This document shows, piece after piece, positions 7,948-19,448 of a stretch of DNA of 64,000 nucleotides. The notes under the pieces were generated by a model. That model was not told the origin of the DNA. It worked only from the letters and a program-made list of their open reading frames with translations, and ran no database searches. The translations under genes and the position numbers were made by a program. The DNA comes from Candidatus Marinacidobacterales bacterium (GTDB lineage: Bacteria; Acidobacteriota; Vicinamibacteria; Marinacidobacterales; SMYC01). The stretch is from assembly GCA_965237955.1 (NCBI GenBank), contig OZ250169.1, forward strand, positions 1 to 64,000, given 5' to 3'. Each line of letters starts with the position of its first letter. Within the stretch, counting starts at the first letter, position 1.

Positions 7948-10491
7948 TCAATTCATGCTCGGCCACGAAGGTCTCCCCGCGGGATGCTCGCCGATTAGGG
8001 TGCGATGGATTTCCTCGAAGTTAGCCCCGTCGCTTTTGGCTGGCCTTCGCTCTGGCCGGTCGTGCGGGTGACCCTGTCGCGGATGGCGACCCCTGGCCTC
8101 GGGGTCCACCCGGGACACAACGTCTACCGTCGACGGGTCGAGACCTTGCCGCGCCAGCAATTGACGAAGCTCGGGAAGTGACTCGCGTAACCGAGCGGCC
8201 ATGTCGGCGCTTTCAGAGACGAAGCGTGCGTGCACCTGAGCACCGCGGACACGAAGCACGACACGGACACCGTCGAGTGCTGGATTACCTTTCTCGTCAG
8301 CCGAAAGTCTCAGCACGAGTTGATGGGTGGACGCCGCCCTGGTTGCACGCCACCCGGTCTCAACGTCGGGCACCTGGATAGAGCCGAACACCTCACGCGC
8401 CTTCGCCGTTTGGGACCCGGCAGAGCCCCTGATAATGTTATCGAGGTTGTCGAGAGGATCGGTTGCGACCACGCTCTCGGCCATCATCGGCGGCATCGGC
8501 GCCACGCCCGGAGACGGTGGTGGAGCGACGCGGCCTCCCGAAGCGGGAAGCTCCATCACCGAGCGCAGTGGAGCGCTCGAGCTCGCGGCGCGAGCATCGT
8601 CGGCCGTCCGCGTTGGTCTTAAGCCATCGTCGACCGGTGCAAGCTCGCGCGGCCCCCCCCGCGAGCTTCCAGCAACTCTCGGCTGTTCGATTCCTGAAAT
8701 TCGATCTCCGCGCCGACTCGATCGCTTCGCGCCGTCTGTCGAGCGTCGATGCACTTCGTGGCGGGCACTCGAAGGCGACGCGTCATCGCCCGGGATTGCG
8801 GGGGGCCTCGTGGCCGGCTCGCTCTGAGCGTGGTCCGCGCCGCGTCCGCCCGAGAACCAAGTCGAGGAGACTTGTTTCGAAGTCGGCGGAGCGCCAGGCT
8901 CGTTCACGTCACGACCAGCGGTGTCGGGAGGCGATCCCCCGCCCAGTGTCGCATTTGCAGCATCGGGTGCGACTCCAGATCGCGGCAGCGCTCCCGACAC
9001 ATCCGTGCTTGCACGAGTCCCGATTCGGTCCACGCTTGCGCTCCCGGCGTGTGCGAGCGAGCCCTTGGACCGGGCAGCCGGTGGTAGAGCGGACGCGCTG
9101 TCTACGCTCACCTTGCCCGCGCTCCCGGAATCCCCGTGGCGCGCGTCATGCCTGCCCCCATCGGCTCGGGGGGCATCTTTGCCCGCGGTGGCTGCCGTTT
9201 CAGACTCCGAGCCGAGCCTGTCGGCCGGCACGGTCGCACCTTCGGAAGCAATCACCCCGGAAACTCCGATCCGGACGCCACTCCCCCGCATCGTGTTTTC
9301 GATGTGACGGGACAAGGCACGCCTTGTCAGGTTGTTCAGAGCACGATCGTCCAGGCGCGTTGCCGTGACGGTGTTCGGGGAGCGTGGCGCCTCGGTCTCG
9401 AAGACATCAACTGGCGTCGGAACGCTTGACTGCGATGAGAATGACGATGAGGCAGAGGTGCGCACGGATACCGACGCGAGCGGTCGAATCCCAGCCGAGC
9501 GCGATTCGGTCTGTCAGTTACTTCTGTCGGCGTTCATAATAATGATAGGGGCTTGGAAGGAGGCTTCACCGGTCGCCGTCAAGCCCTCCCGCGGTAGTTC
9601 ACGGGCCGTCGACGCCGGCGATACCGCCGGCTCGATATGAGCGGCCGCCTCGGAATTCCCCTTCGGATTCGATGACGAAACCGAGGAGTCGACGAGTGCG
9701 GGTCGTCGCGAAGGCCCTGGTGCCGCCGAAGGAGCCCGAGGGGACGGCGCGTCGGCATCGCCCGCCGCCGCGCCACGTTCGAGGACGCGGCTTGCGTCGG
9801 TGCCCGGTCCATGCGGTGGTTCCATCGGGAGCGCACTCGCGACAATAGGACCAGAACGACGCGTCGGCGAAAAAAGACGGTCGGCCGCGATCAGCGCCCG
9901 TCCACGAACCGTTGAGTACGTGCCGGGCGCGGGCTTCGAACTCGCAACGACGGGATCACGCTCCTGAACGTGAGCCCGGATGGAAGGCGCGACGTCAACC
10001 GGCTCGAAAGCGTGCCGGTAAGTTTGCTCCGGCGATCCCACTGTCGCGCGCGGGGCAATCGGGAGGTCCGACACGCGTGGTGCCGGCGAAACCGCGACGG
10101 CAGCAGAATCCGGGGAAGGGCCAGCGCTCGTTCGCGCGGGAACGAAGTGGATTGCCGGTGCCGGTGTGGCTCGATCGCTCTCGCGAGCGACGTCCACGCT
10201 CGCATACGTCGCGGAGCCTGCTGCTGCCGCAGGCAACTCTGCGGGAGAGTGCGGCACGCCCTCGATAGCCTCCTTGTGGCCAGATTCAGCGATACCGAGC
10301 GAATGCTCGGGAGAATCGAACCGGGCCCTGCTTCCGAGCTCCGGTCCCGCGATCTCGAGCGCACGGGTCAGATCCGCGGCGAAGTCGGACTCGAATTCGC
10401 CCTCGAATCGGGATGACCCGAGCGCTCCGGATGGACGCAGCTCGCCCGCTCCGGGATCGGCCTCGGCAAACAGGAGCTGACCGGTTATCAT
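7948..10491 (-). pseudogene. fliK: Flagellar hook-length control protein FliK with an in-frame TGA at 9514-9516
   Basis: Long Ala/Pro/Ser-rich region plus C-terminal LVLRL..VRVVLRVRGAQVHARF..LRESLPELRQLLARQGL; both ORF halves are in one frame; ATGA overlap with fliJ. Confidence 0.7.
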
Positions 10492-10852
10492 GGTTGCCCC
10501 GACGATGAAGTGTGCTGACGCAGCGCGAGCGAATCGAGTAACTTCTGATATCGACGGCGCTCCGCTGACACGGTGGCGGCATCGTGGCGTGCCAGAAGCG
10601 CTTCGAGGCTTTTGACCGAGCGTCGAGATTCGAGCCAGGCCTTTTCTCTCTCGGCGAGCTCGGCCTCGATTTCCCGAATGCGTCCATCCAGCTCCTCGAG
10701 CTCGAGACCTATTTTGAAAAGATGCGCGTGCTGACGGCGTAGAGTGTCCGCCTCCGCCGTTTTGGTCGTGACGTCGCTCTCTTCCCGCCGGCGACGCTCG
10801 AGCAGCTCGTCTTTGGCCGCATGACGGCCCCGAAGCTCCTGCACCGTTTGGG
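10488..10852 (-). pseudogene. fliJ: FliJ-like flagellar export protein, 5' end removed by IS5
   Basis: Coiled coil ending WLESRRSVKSLEALL...ERRRYQKLLDSLALRQ; lies immediately upstream of fliK. Confidence 0.65.
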
Positions 10853-11939
10853 TGCCTTGGTGCACAACTCGCGATCTCGGTCCACAATTGTCCTTTACTC
10901 ACGGATTCGAGGTTCCCCATGAGCATTTCCAAACGCACTCAGCGGAAGTATGTGAAGAAGGCCTATCGCGTGAGGAATTGGCGTGAATATGAGGCGGGTC
11001 TACGCAACCGTGGGAGCCTGACCGTCTGGATCTCGCTCACCGCCGGCAAGCTTGTGAACTGGGACGCGCCCCGGCCGAGGAGGAGGAAACCGGGCCGTCA
11101 ACGCAAGTACTCGAACCACGCCATCGAGACGGCTGTCACCCTGGGCATGGTGTTTCATCTGTCATCTAGGCAGAGCGAGGGATTGCTGCGATCGTTGTTC
11201 GCTCTGATGAAGCTAGACAATGATGTGCCCGATCACACCACGATCTCGAGGCGCAAGGCGAAGCTGGGTAAGGTCCCCTTCTACCAAGACAAGCAGAAGA
11301 CGCCGTTGCACATCTTGATCGACAGCAGCGGTCTCGCTGTCCACGCCGGCCAGCTGCGCAGAGCACCAAAGAGCAGGGACTATCGCAAGCTCCATCTGTG
11401 TGTCGACGAGCAGAGTGGCGAAGTCGTCGCCGGCGAGCTGACGAGCAAAAGAGCCCGCGATTCATCGCGGGTTGCATCGCTTGTCGGACAGATCGACAGT
11501 CCCATCTCATCTGCCAGAGCTGACACCGCATACGACGCCGGCGGCGTCTATGAGGCAATCGAGAATCACAGCGCTCATTGCTCGCCGAGGGTGCTGATAC
11601 CGCCGCGCAAGGGCGCCCAGCTCGCATCGGGGCCGGCGAGCAGCCGACAGCGCAATCGCAACATTGCAGCACAAGCTCGGCTCGGCAAACGAAAGTGGCA
11701 CACAGAATCGGGCTACAGCAAACGGAGCAAAGTCGAGACAACGTTCCATCGCTACAAGGCTATCGTGGGCTCAGCGATGCGAGCGAGAGGGTTGGCGGCA
11801 CAGAGAGTCGAGGCAAGGATCGGGTGCAAGATTCTCAACACGATGACGGCGCTCGGGATGCCTGATAGCGAGATGATCGGATGATGGGAGTCGGGGCCAA
11901 GCGAGCTCTCGGCCTCTATCGGAGTTGTGCACCAAGGCA
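10853..11939 (+). mobile_element. IS5-family (IS903-like) element copy 1; transposase 10919-11884
   Basis: 18-bp IRs tgccttggtgcacaactc; YRVRNWREYEAGLRNRGSLTVW, IDSSGL, YSKRSKVETTFHRYK; 1,087 bp. Confidence 0.95.
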
Positions 11940-12188
11940 GCGCGCGGCCGCCGGAGCGGCTTGAAAACGACTATCCTTCCACCTTCAGCGATCGCATAAC
12001 GGTAATTCATCCGTGCGCCGAGTTCAGAATGTCAGTAGAAAATTCGATCATGACCCGTTGTAATTATCCCGGCCAAGCCCGACCCATCCTTTCCGCCAAA
12101 ATAAAAGCCCGGCTGCGTTGCGACGTCCGAGTGTCCCCAATTGTCGCTAATGGTATGGGCATGTCCGCAATAGTTGGAGAATTCAGAT

Positions 12189-13790
12189 CTAATAGTTACG
12201 GCACTCTTCGTCCGAAATCGATTCGACGCGAATCCACTCGTATCCGTCAGACTCGGTACGGTCATCGACAGTGAACACCGCCGGACGTCGATCGAAGCAG
12301 GGACCAAAAGCTCCCGGGTTCGGGACGACAAGGTCGCCTTTGATAATGATTGATTCGAACTCGTCACGAGCCGACGGGCCTAGTTCCTGGACCAATGCGT
12401 CAACCAACCTGTCCTCGGTCAACGGCTCACCATTTCGACGAAGCTCAAAAAGCGGCAAGATTACGTCATCGAGCGTACGCGCGCCGTTGGACGCCGACCG
12501 GATTTTGGCGTCGACACTGGCAAAATACAGGCTGCCGCGAGTATAGGGAACATTTTGTGCGCTGCCCTCACCGACGCCCGTGCTGAATCCCAGTCGGTCG
12601 AGTTCGGCCGCCGATTCATTTCGATATGGATTCGAGTAGTACCTCCGCGAGGTTGAATTGATGCTTTCCAAATAGTTGCTCACAGGAGCCAGCCCGGAAC
12701 GGAGCAGCAGCAACCGGGTATAGTGCACATTCAGGCCTTCCGCAAACCACGGAATTCCGCGGGGATCTTCTGTGCTCAGACTACCGACAAACATATGCCC
12801 CATTTCGTGAAATATGGTCCCGCGGGGCGATTCGGCTGATGAGTCGGGATCTCCGGGCTCTACTGCCAGCATGAAGGAGTTATGCAACGCGGTGCCACCG
12901 CCTGACCCTTGCAACGCTCGCACAAACACGCGATAAGACGGCGTTTCATCGTCCTGAAAGAAGTCTCGCAAATACCCATAGGCTTCGGAGACCCAGGCCA
13001 TTTCCTTTGGCGCATCGAATGGCGTCTGTCCGAGCCAGTAGGCGTGGAATGACAGCTCTTCGTCGGGTGAGTCGAAATGACCGATAGGTCCGACCATGTA
13101 ATAGGCTTGAATCAGGCGATCTGATTCTCCCTGGACCTCAAAGTCTCCATCACTATGAGTGCTTGCGGCAATCGAACCGGGCACCAGGTCACTTAGATCC
13201 CAACTCACGCTCCAGGCCGCTTCTCCCAAGTCTTCCGGCAACACAAACAATGCCATGCCGCCGCCACTGAATCCGCCATCGTGTGCATAGAAATCAAATT
13301 GCGGCCCACGCGACCGGCTTTTCGCCGGGGAAACCCTATATGACACAGTTACCGGTGTAGTCACCGGCCGATCAGCGCGCCAATGGCGGAAGTACGGAAA
13401 ACCACCCGGATCTTCGGGATCATCCTCAGCCGACAGGTCCACAACGCCGGCCTCGTCACGAACGACCAGTTCGGCGACCGAATCCGCCATGTCTGTACGC
13501 CCCGCATACACGATCGGCGACCTCACGCTCAACGTCTCGGCGGACCCTATGTCGCCAATCAGTTCGTATCTGACTTCCACTGCCGTTACATCCGTTCCAC
13601 GCTCACGAACCGGCTTGAGCACGACCTCGAACCGGGTGAAATCCTGGTCAGAAAATTCTGACGGCTGTTCTACCACGTCGTGGGATTTGCTGCCGCAAGC
13701 AGCGCAGGCCAGCAGAACAGACACTGCAGCCCCTATAGTCCATCGACTTGTTGTGGCTTCAGTCTTGGAACGCTCGGTCCTTCTCATCAT
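12189..13790 (-). CDS. M61-like zinc metallopeptidase, probable lipoprotein
   Basis: FHEMGH (HExxH), WFAEGLNVHY, PYTRGSLY; lipobox-like LLACAACG. Confidence 0.75.
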   Translation of the reverse strand: MMRRTERSKTEATTSRWTIGAAVSVLLACAACGSKSHDVVEQPSEFSDQDFTRFEVVLKPVRERGTDVTAVEVRYELIGDIGSAETLSVRSPIVYAGRTDMADSVAELVVRDEAGVVDLSAEDDPEDPGGFPYFRHWRADRPVTTPVTVSYRVSPAKSRSRGPQFDFYAHDGGFSGGGMALFVLPEDLGEAAWSVSWDLSDLVPGSIAASTHSDGDFEVQGESDRLIQAYYMVGPIGHFDSPDEELSFHAYWLGQTPFDAPKEMAWVSEAYGYLRDFFQDDETPSYRVFVRALQGSGGGTALHNSFMLAVEPGDPDSSAESPRGTIFHEMGHMFVGSLSTEDPRGIPWFAEGLNVHYTRLLLLRSGLAPVSNYLESINSTSRRYYSNPYRNESAAELDRLGFSTGVGEGSAQNVPYTRGSLYFASVDAKIRSASNGARTLDDVILPLFELRRNGEPLTEDRLVDALVQELGPSARDEFESIIIKGDLVVPNPGAFGPCFDRRPAVFTVDDRTESDGYEWIRVESISDEECRNY

Positions 13791-13932
13791 CGTTTGTATT
13801 TTCTCGTTTAATTCTCGCCAGCCCATCCCCTCGTGTCCAAAAACACGAACGAGCTCAAGACCTGCGCAAACCGGGGCGTTTCGGATACACGCGTCGACGC
13901 TTGGTCGGCCAGGAAGCTAGAATCCCTCCGTC

Positions 13933-15015
13933 ATGAGTACGCCGATCCAACCCCTGACATTGTTGGTCGTTGCCATCGCTGGTTGGATCCAGCGCGAACA
14001 ACAGGCCACTATCGTCTACTTGCTCAAGGAGAACAAAGTCCTCAAAGCTCGACTTGGCGGTAGGAAACTTCGCTTCACCGATGACGAGCGACGTCGGCTC
14101 GCTGTCAAGGGTAAGGCCCTCGGCCGGAAGCTCCTGGCCGAAGTCGCCGGTATCGTCACACCGGAAACCCTCCTGGCCTGGCATCGGAGGCTCATTGCGC
14201 GGAAGTGGGACTATAGTGCGCGGCGGAAACGAGCGGGCCGTCCGCGCGTCATGGTCGAGCTCGCCGAGCTCATCGTGCGCCTAGCGAAAGACGATCCGCG
14301 CTGGGGGTACACTAGAATTCGCGGCGCACTCCCGAATCTCGGCCATACCGTTGCGAGGAGCACCATCGCAAATATTCTACGAGAGTACGGCGTCGAGCCC
14401 GCGCCCGAGAGAAGTGAGCGGACGCCCTGGCGCACGTTTCTGACCGCCCATTGGGAAACCGTGGCTGCCACCGACTTCTTCACCGTCGAGGTCATCACGT
14501 TCGGTAGGCTCGTGACCCACTACGTACTCATCGTGATCGAGCTCTCCTCGCGAAAGATTCACGTTGCCGGAATTACTCCGGGGCCTGACAGCGCGTTCAT
14601 GATGCAGGTCGGTCGCAATCTCACTGATCCACTCGACGGCTTTCTGCTCGGCAAGCGATTCCTCATCCTCGACCGCGACAAGAAGTTCACCGCGGAGTTT
14701 CGAGGGCTCGTCGACGATGCCGGAACTCGAGTCGTTCGCTTGCCGTACCGTTCGCCGAACTTGAACGCTCACATCGAAAGGTTTGTTCTTTCGATAAAAA
14801 GCGAATGTCTCAATCGGATGATTTTCTTCGGCGAGCAATCGCTGCGAAGAGCCATAGCCGAATTCATTCATCATTATCATGGAGAGCGCAACCATCAAGG
14901 TCTCGAAAACGCGTTGATCGAATCGGACGAGCACGTGGGCAGTCTCGACGGGAACGTGAGATGTCGCAAACGATTGGGCGGCATGCTCAACTGCTACTAC
15001 CGCGAAGCCGCATAA
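13933..15015 (+). mobile_element. Integrase-core (rve) transposase
   Basis: VTPETLLAWHRRL, PRWGYTRIRG, ATDFFTVE, LILDRDKKF, PNLNAHIERF, ERNHQGL, LGGMLNCYYREAA. Confidence 0.85.
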
Positions 15016-15305
15016 GAACTCGGTGCGAGTCGTTCAGCGGATGACCCGGGAGCGGAGGTCAGGTTGGCGATCGCCTCTCGCGAGCCAGGCGCCGATCGAC
15101 CGGCGTCGTGATTCAAGGGGAGGGTTCGCGGTGAGGTCATTTTGCGACAGGTTTTTGCGTGTAAGATTGATGTAGGCGCCATGATATCTTTTATGCATCG
15201 CGACACATGATAGATAGTTTGGAAATTAACCTTAATTAGGAGGTGATAAAGATAAGTTTAGTTCAGCCCATTGACACTTTAAGCTGAAATAAAAAGGAGA
15301 AAGAA

Positions 15306-16394
15306 ATGTTTAAGAAGTCGATTGTATTAGCCGGGATATTAATTGTAGTGATAATGACAGCAGGTTTGCTTACCAGCTGCAAAGGGGAAGACGCCACTCC
15401 TGGGCAATCACCGGTCTGTGACAGTTCGGACCCGCAGACAAACGTCTTGTGTGAGCTTGGCTACAACGAGGTCAGATCCGATGCACCGATCCACTTTCAC
15501 TTCGCCGAAGCGCTGCCCAGCAATTACGGCGGCGGCGATGCCGACTGGGAGTGGGAGAGCTGGAAAGCAGGGACAGAGAGCCTGCTGAAGGATGAGCTAT
15601 TTCCGCTGATCGGTGCCTATCCACACTATTATTTCCTCATCGATTACGAGGGCTACAACGCGGACGATGAGGAAATCGTCGCACTGGCAAGAACCATCGG
15701 GGATGAGCCGGACCAGACCAAAGAAAGTTTCACGGGCATTTCGGGAATGCACGTGAAGGCTGATGGCTGGAGGGTACCGCTGCATATGTCGCGTATTCCA
15801 AACGATGACCACCAGCGACCCGAGGGCTGTCTCGGTGACCACCTGAGGTCCTCGGTCGTCCATGAGTACCACCACATCATGATGTGGCATCAGAAGATGA
15901 ATAACTATAGGGGAGAGACGGTGGCAGAGCCCGATTACCTGCCGCCATGGTTTAGCGAGGGCGCATCGGGAGTATTGCCTTCTCTGCTGGGCACGGACAA
16001 TGGGCGAGATGGACTTCGGAGCCGTATCGAGCAAGTCCTTGACATGGTCAAGACTGACCCCTCGCTCGACTTCGAGCACATGAAACACTACGACACCTGG
16101 ACTAAGCCCCCATTGTCTTTCCGTCCTCGCATCCCACTTGCGTGCTACATGGCGCATCGCAGCAGCTGGCAAGTGGCGTTGGTCGATGCCTTTCGTGCCA
16201 TGGGCCTGCAGCCACACCCAGGCGATTTCGACGCCCTGCTCGTCGCCCTCGTCGGCGTGAATGAGCATGACTTCCTCAACGAGGCACTCGCCTTCTTTCG
16301 CCTTGAGAGCACCACAGCAGATACGCTGATGCCTCCGGACGTGCCTGTGGCCACGCTCATTGGACCGCCTTCACTCACGACGCTTGCCCAATAG
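15306..16394 (+). CDS. Lipoprotein with HExxH gluzincin-like motif
   Basis: AGGAG RBS; lipobox LLTSC; VVHEYHH...PPWFSEGA. Confidence 0.65.
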   Translation: MFKKSIVLAGILIVVIMTAGLLTSCKGEDATPGQSPVCDSSDPQTNVLCELGYNEVRSDAPIHFHFAEALPSNYGGGDADWEWESWKAGTESLLKDELFPLIGAYPHYYFLIDYEGYNADDEEIVALARTIGDEPDQTKESFTGISGMHVKADGWRVPLHMSRIPNDDHQRPEGCLGDHLRSSVVHEYHHIMMWHQKMNNYRGETVAEPDYLPPWFSEGASGVLPSLLGTDNGRDGLRSRIEQVLDMVKTDPSLDFEHMKHYDTWTKPPLSFRPRIPLACYMAHRSSWQVALVDAFRAMGLQPHPGDFDALLVALVGVNEHDFLNEALAFFRLESTTADTLMPPDVPVATLIGPPSLTTLAQ

Positions 16395-16430
16395 CGCGCG
16401 TCGGAAACGCTCGAGGATTGCAAAGTTAAC

Positions 16431-17207
16431 ATGAAGGCCCGGCAGGTTGACAAAGCAGCACCCGCAACGATTAATCGCGAAGTAGAGCATTTGCGCACCG
16501 CTTTTCGTATCGCTGTTGAGTCCGGCAAGCTCGCTCGAGTCCCGATCTTCCCGAAGGCTCTGACAGAGGCCAATGCCCGCCGGGGTTTTTTCGAGCGCAG
16601 TGAGTTCATGGCCGTCCTCGACCACATCAAGGATGCTGATGTCCGGGATTTCTTGGAATTCTTCTACTGGACGGGCATGCGGCCTGGCGAAATCAAATCG
16701 CTAGTGTGGTCTGACTTCGACCGCGAGACAATGAATTTGCGGCTTCACGAAAGCAATGCCAAGACACGAAGGGGACGGACGCTCGTTGCCGAGGGCGCGA
16801 TTCGCCCGATTGTCGAGCGCCGCAACCAGGCTCGTCGGCTGGGCTGCGAGTTCGTTTTCCATCGAGGCGGAAAGCAGATGGGCGAGTTCCGGAAGTTGTG
16901 GAAGACCGCTTGCTCTAACGCTGGAGTTGTAGACCGGCGCCCTTACGACCTCCGGCGAACGGCTGTACGGAACATGGTCCGAGCTGGGGTTAACGAGAAC
17001 GTCGCACGCGCAATCTCGGGCCACCGCACGCGCGCAGTCTTCGATCGATACAACATCGTCGACGAAGACGATCTCCGAGCCGCGGTCCGAAGCACGACAG
17101 AATACGTTTCCCCGGAAGAACGTAAGAAAGCCCGGACCGACCAGAAGCAGCTCGTCGTGCCCGAGTGCGGGACCGTGCTTTTGCGACCGGTGGCCCGATC
17201 ATATTGA
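16431..17207 (+). pseudogene. Tyrosine recombinase/integrase, catalytic half only
   Basis: TGMRPGEI, YDLRRTAVRNM, ISGHRTRAVFDRYNIV; N-terminal domains absent. Confidence 0.75.
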
Positions 17208-17340
17208 TAATGATGAAAGACAACTGAGTTCCGACCACGCCACTTGTCCGAATACCCCGACACGAGAACGGCCGGACTGTCTCTTCACACCCATCCCCCG
17301 GCGGGAGACACTCCTCAACCGCCTTGCCCTGTTTGCTCGA

Positions 17341-17442
17341 GTTCTGCTACCCTCACCAGGACTCAATCGGACTGCACAGTCCCATCCCAGTGGGGAAATT
17401 TCGTGCGGACCGGGGCCGGACACGTATGAATTTTCCTAATCC
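17341..17442 (+). repeat. IS91-like 3' end: conserved hairpin followed by an oriIS-like motif
   Basis: About 68 bp homologous to 51233-51299; atgaattttcctaatcc at 17426-17442. Confidence 0.55.
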
Positions 17443-17487
17443 TCATATCCTACGCGGGTCGGCCACGACCGGTGAACGGAACTTCGA

Positions 17488-18574
17488 TGCCTTGGTGCAC
17501 AACTCCGATAGAGGCCGAGAGCTCGCTTGGCCCCGACTCCCATCATCCGATCATCTCGCTATCAGGCATCCCGAGCGCCGTCATCGTGTTGAGAATCTTG
17601 CACCCGATCCTTGCCTCGACTCTCTGTGCCGCCAACCCTCTCGCTCGCATCGCTGAGCCCACGATAGCCTTGTAGCGATGGAACGTTGTCTCGACTTTGC
17701 TCCGTTTGCTGTAGCCCGATTCTGTGTGCCACTTTCGTTTGCCGAGCCGAGCTTGTGCTGCAATGTTGCGATTGCGCTGTCGGCTGCTCGCCGGCCCCGA
17801 TGCGAGCTGGGCGCCCTTGCGCGGCGGTATCAGCACCCTCGGCGAGCAATGAGCGCTGTGATTCTCGATTGCCTCATAGACGCCGCCGGCGTCGTATGCG
17901 GTGTCAGCTCTGGCAGATGAGATGGGACTGTCGATCTGTCCGACAAGCGATGCAACCCGCGATGAATCGCGGGCTCTTTTGCTCGTCAGCTCGCCGGCGA
18001 CGACTTCGCCACTCTGCTCGTCGACACACAGATGGAGCTTGCGATAGTCCCTGCTCTTTGGTGCTCTGCGCAGCTGGCCGGCGTGGACAGCGAGACCGCT
18101 GCTGTCGATCAAGATGTGCAACGGCGTCTTCTGCTTGTCTTGGTAGAAGGGGACCTTACCCAGCTTCGCCTTGCGCCTCGAGATCGTGGTGTGATCGGGC
18201 ACATCATTGTCTAGCTTCATCAGAGCGAACAACGATCGCAGCAATCCCTCGCTCTGCCTAGATGACAGATGAAACACCATGCCCAGGGTGACAGCCGTCT
18301 CGATGGCGTGGTTCGAGTACTTGCGTTGACGGCCCGGTTTCCTCCTCCTCGGCCGGGGCGCGTCCCAGTTCACAAGCTTGCCGGCGGTGAGCGAGATCCA
18401 GACGGTCAGGCTCCCACGGTTGCGTAGACCCGCCTCATATTCACGCCAATTCCTCACGCGATAGGCCTTCTTCACATACTTCCGCTGAGTGCGTTTGAAA
18501 ATGCTCATGGGGAACCTCGAATCCGTGAGTAAAGGACAATTGTGGACCGAGATCGCGAGTTGTGCACCAAGGCA
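17488..18574 (-). mobile_element. IS5-family element copy 2 (inverted); transposase 17543-18508
   Basis: Near-identical to copy 1, same IRs, 1,087 bp. Confidence 0.95.
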
Positions 18575-18765
18575 GCCGCGCGCCGCAATTTTGCGTATCT
18601 GATGGTCTGTTCAGGCTGGGTTGGCGGTGGCGAGGTTAGCAGAGGTCGGTGAGGAAGCTGGAGTCTGGGGGATGGAGCCTCAGATTGAGTTGTGTGGAGG
18701 CGTGAAGACGAACGAGTACCGCGGCGTGGCGGTGCAGCGGCTGAAGAGATAGGTGGATTCGTCGG

Positions 18766-19415
18766 TTAGTGGTTTGGAGGAGCGCGGGAGTCGCCGTTTC
18801 GCTTATCCAAGTGGTCAAGAATTTTGCGAATGACTTTGTGCTCGGTCATGAAGGAAATGACGCGGAGGGTTCCTCCACAATCACATTTCAAAGGATCGAC
18901 TTGATAGACCCGTTTGATGAGCTGCGCCCAACTTTTTCTTAGGGCGGCACGTTTTTTGGGCGAGAGCTCGGGTTCGGCCTTTGATTTCGAGTTGTCGTTG
19001 TCAGCGAGGGAGTGAAGGGTGAGGCCACGCTTTTTCCGGAAAACCCGCGACCTCGAAGCGTAGGCGCCAAAATAGTGAACGCCGTGTTTTCGAGGCTCTG
19101 GAATCTGGGTGAGGCCTCGTGCGATGAACTCGGAAATGTCGAGGCTCTCTCCTTTGGGATGGGACAGCAAAGGCTCATCATGTGAGTCTTTGCTTTCGTA
19201 GAACAGAGTCCTGGAACCGGGCGTCCAGTGAATGCGTGAGATGCTGACGGGGCAGCGAAGTAAGTAGCGGCAAAGCCGTTCGAGCCCTTGGGTGTCTTGT
19301 GGCCAAACGGTGGGAGAGGTGTCGACGGAAAAACCGCTATTCCGAAACGAGAGGAGCAACTCCATGCGTTCGTCGCTCAAGAGGTCTTTACTCTTCAGCA
19401 AGCGCATTATTTTGT
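18766..19415 (-). pseudogene. IS91-family (Y2) transposase, C-terminal fragment
   Basis: SGFSVD, LERLCRYLLRCPVS, YFGAYAS, WAQLIKRVYQVDPLKCDCGGTLRVISF. Confidence 0.85.
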
Positions 19416-19448
19416 GAGCGACACTCCATTCCGGCCCGTCAGGGTAGT

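Noticed and set aside
9514-10938. 474-aa ORF as a real gene starting inside IS5
   Set aside because: The N-terminal part is antisense IS5 end plus an alternative frame of fliJ; the plausible start is ATG 10491.
16431-17207. Integron integrase with gene cassettes
   Set aside because: The fragment resembles a phage-type integrase, and no convincing attC (RYYYAAC...GTTRRRY) sites were seen between cargo genes.
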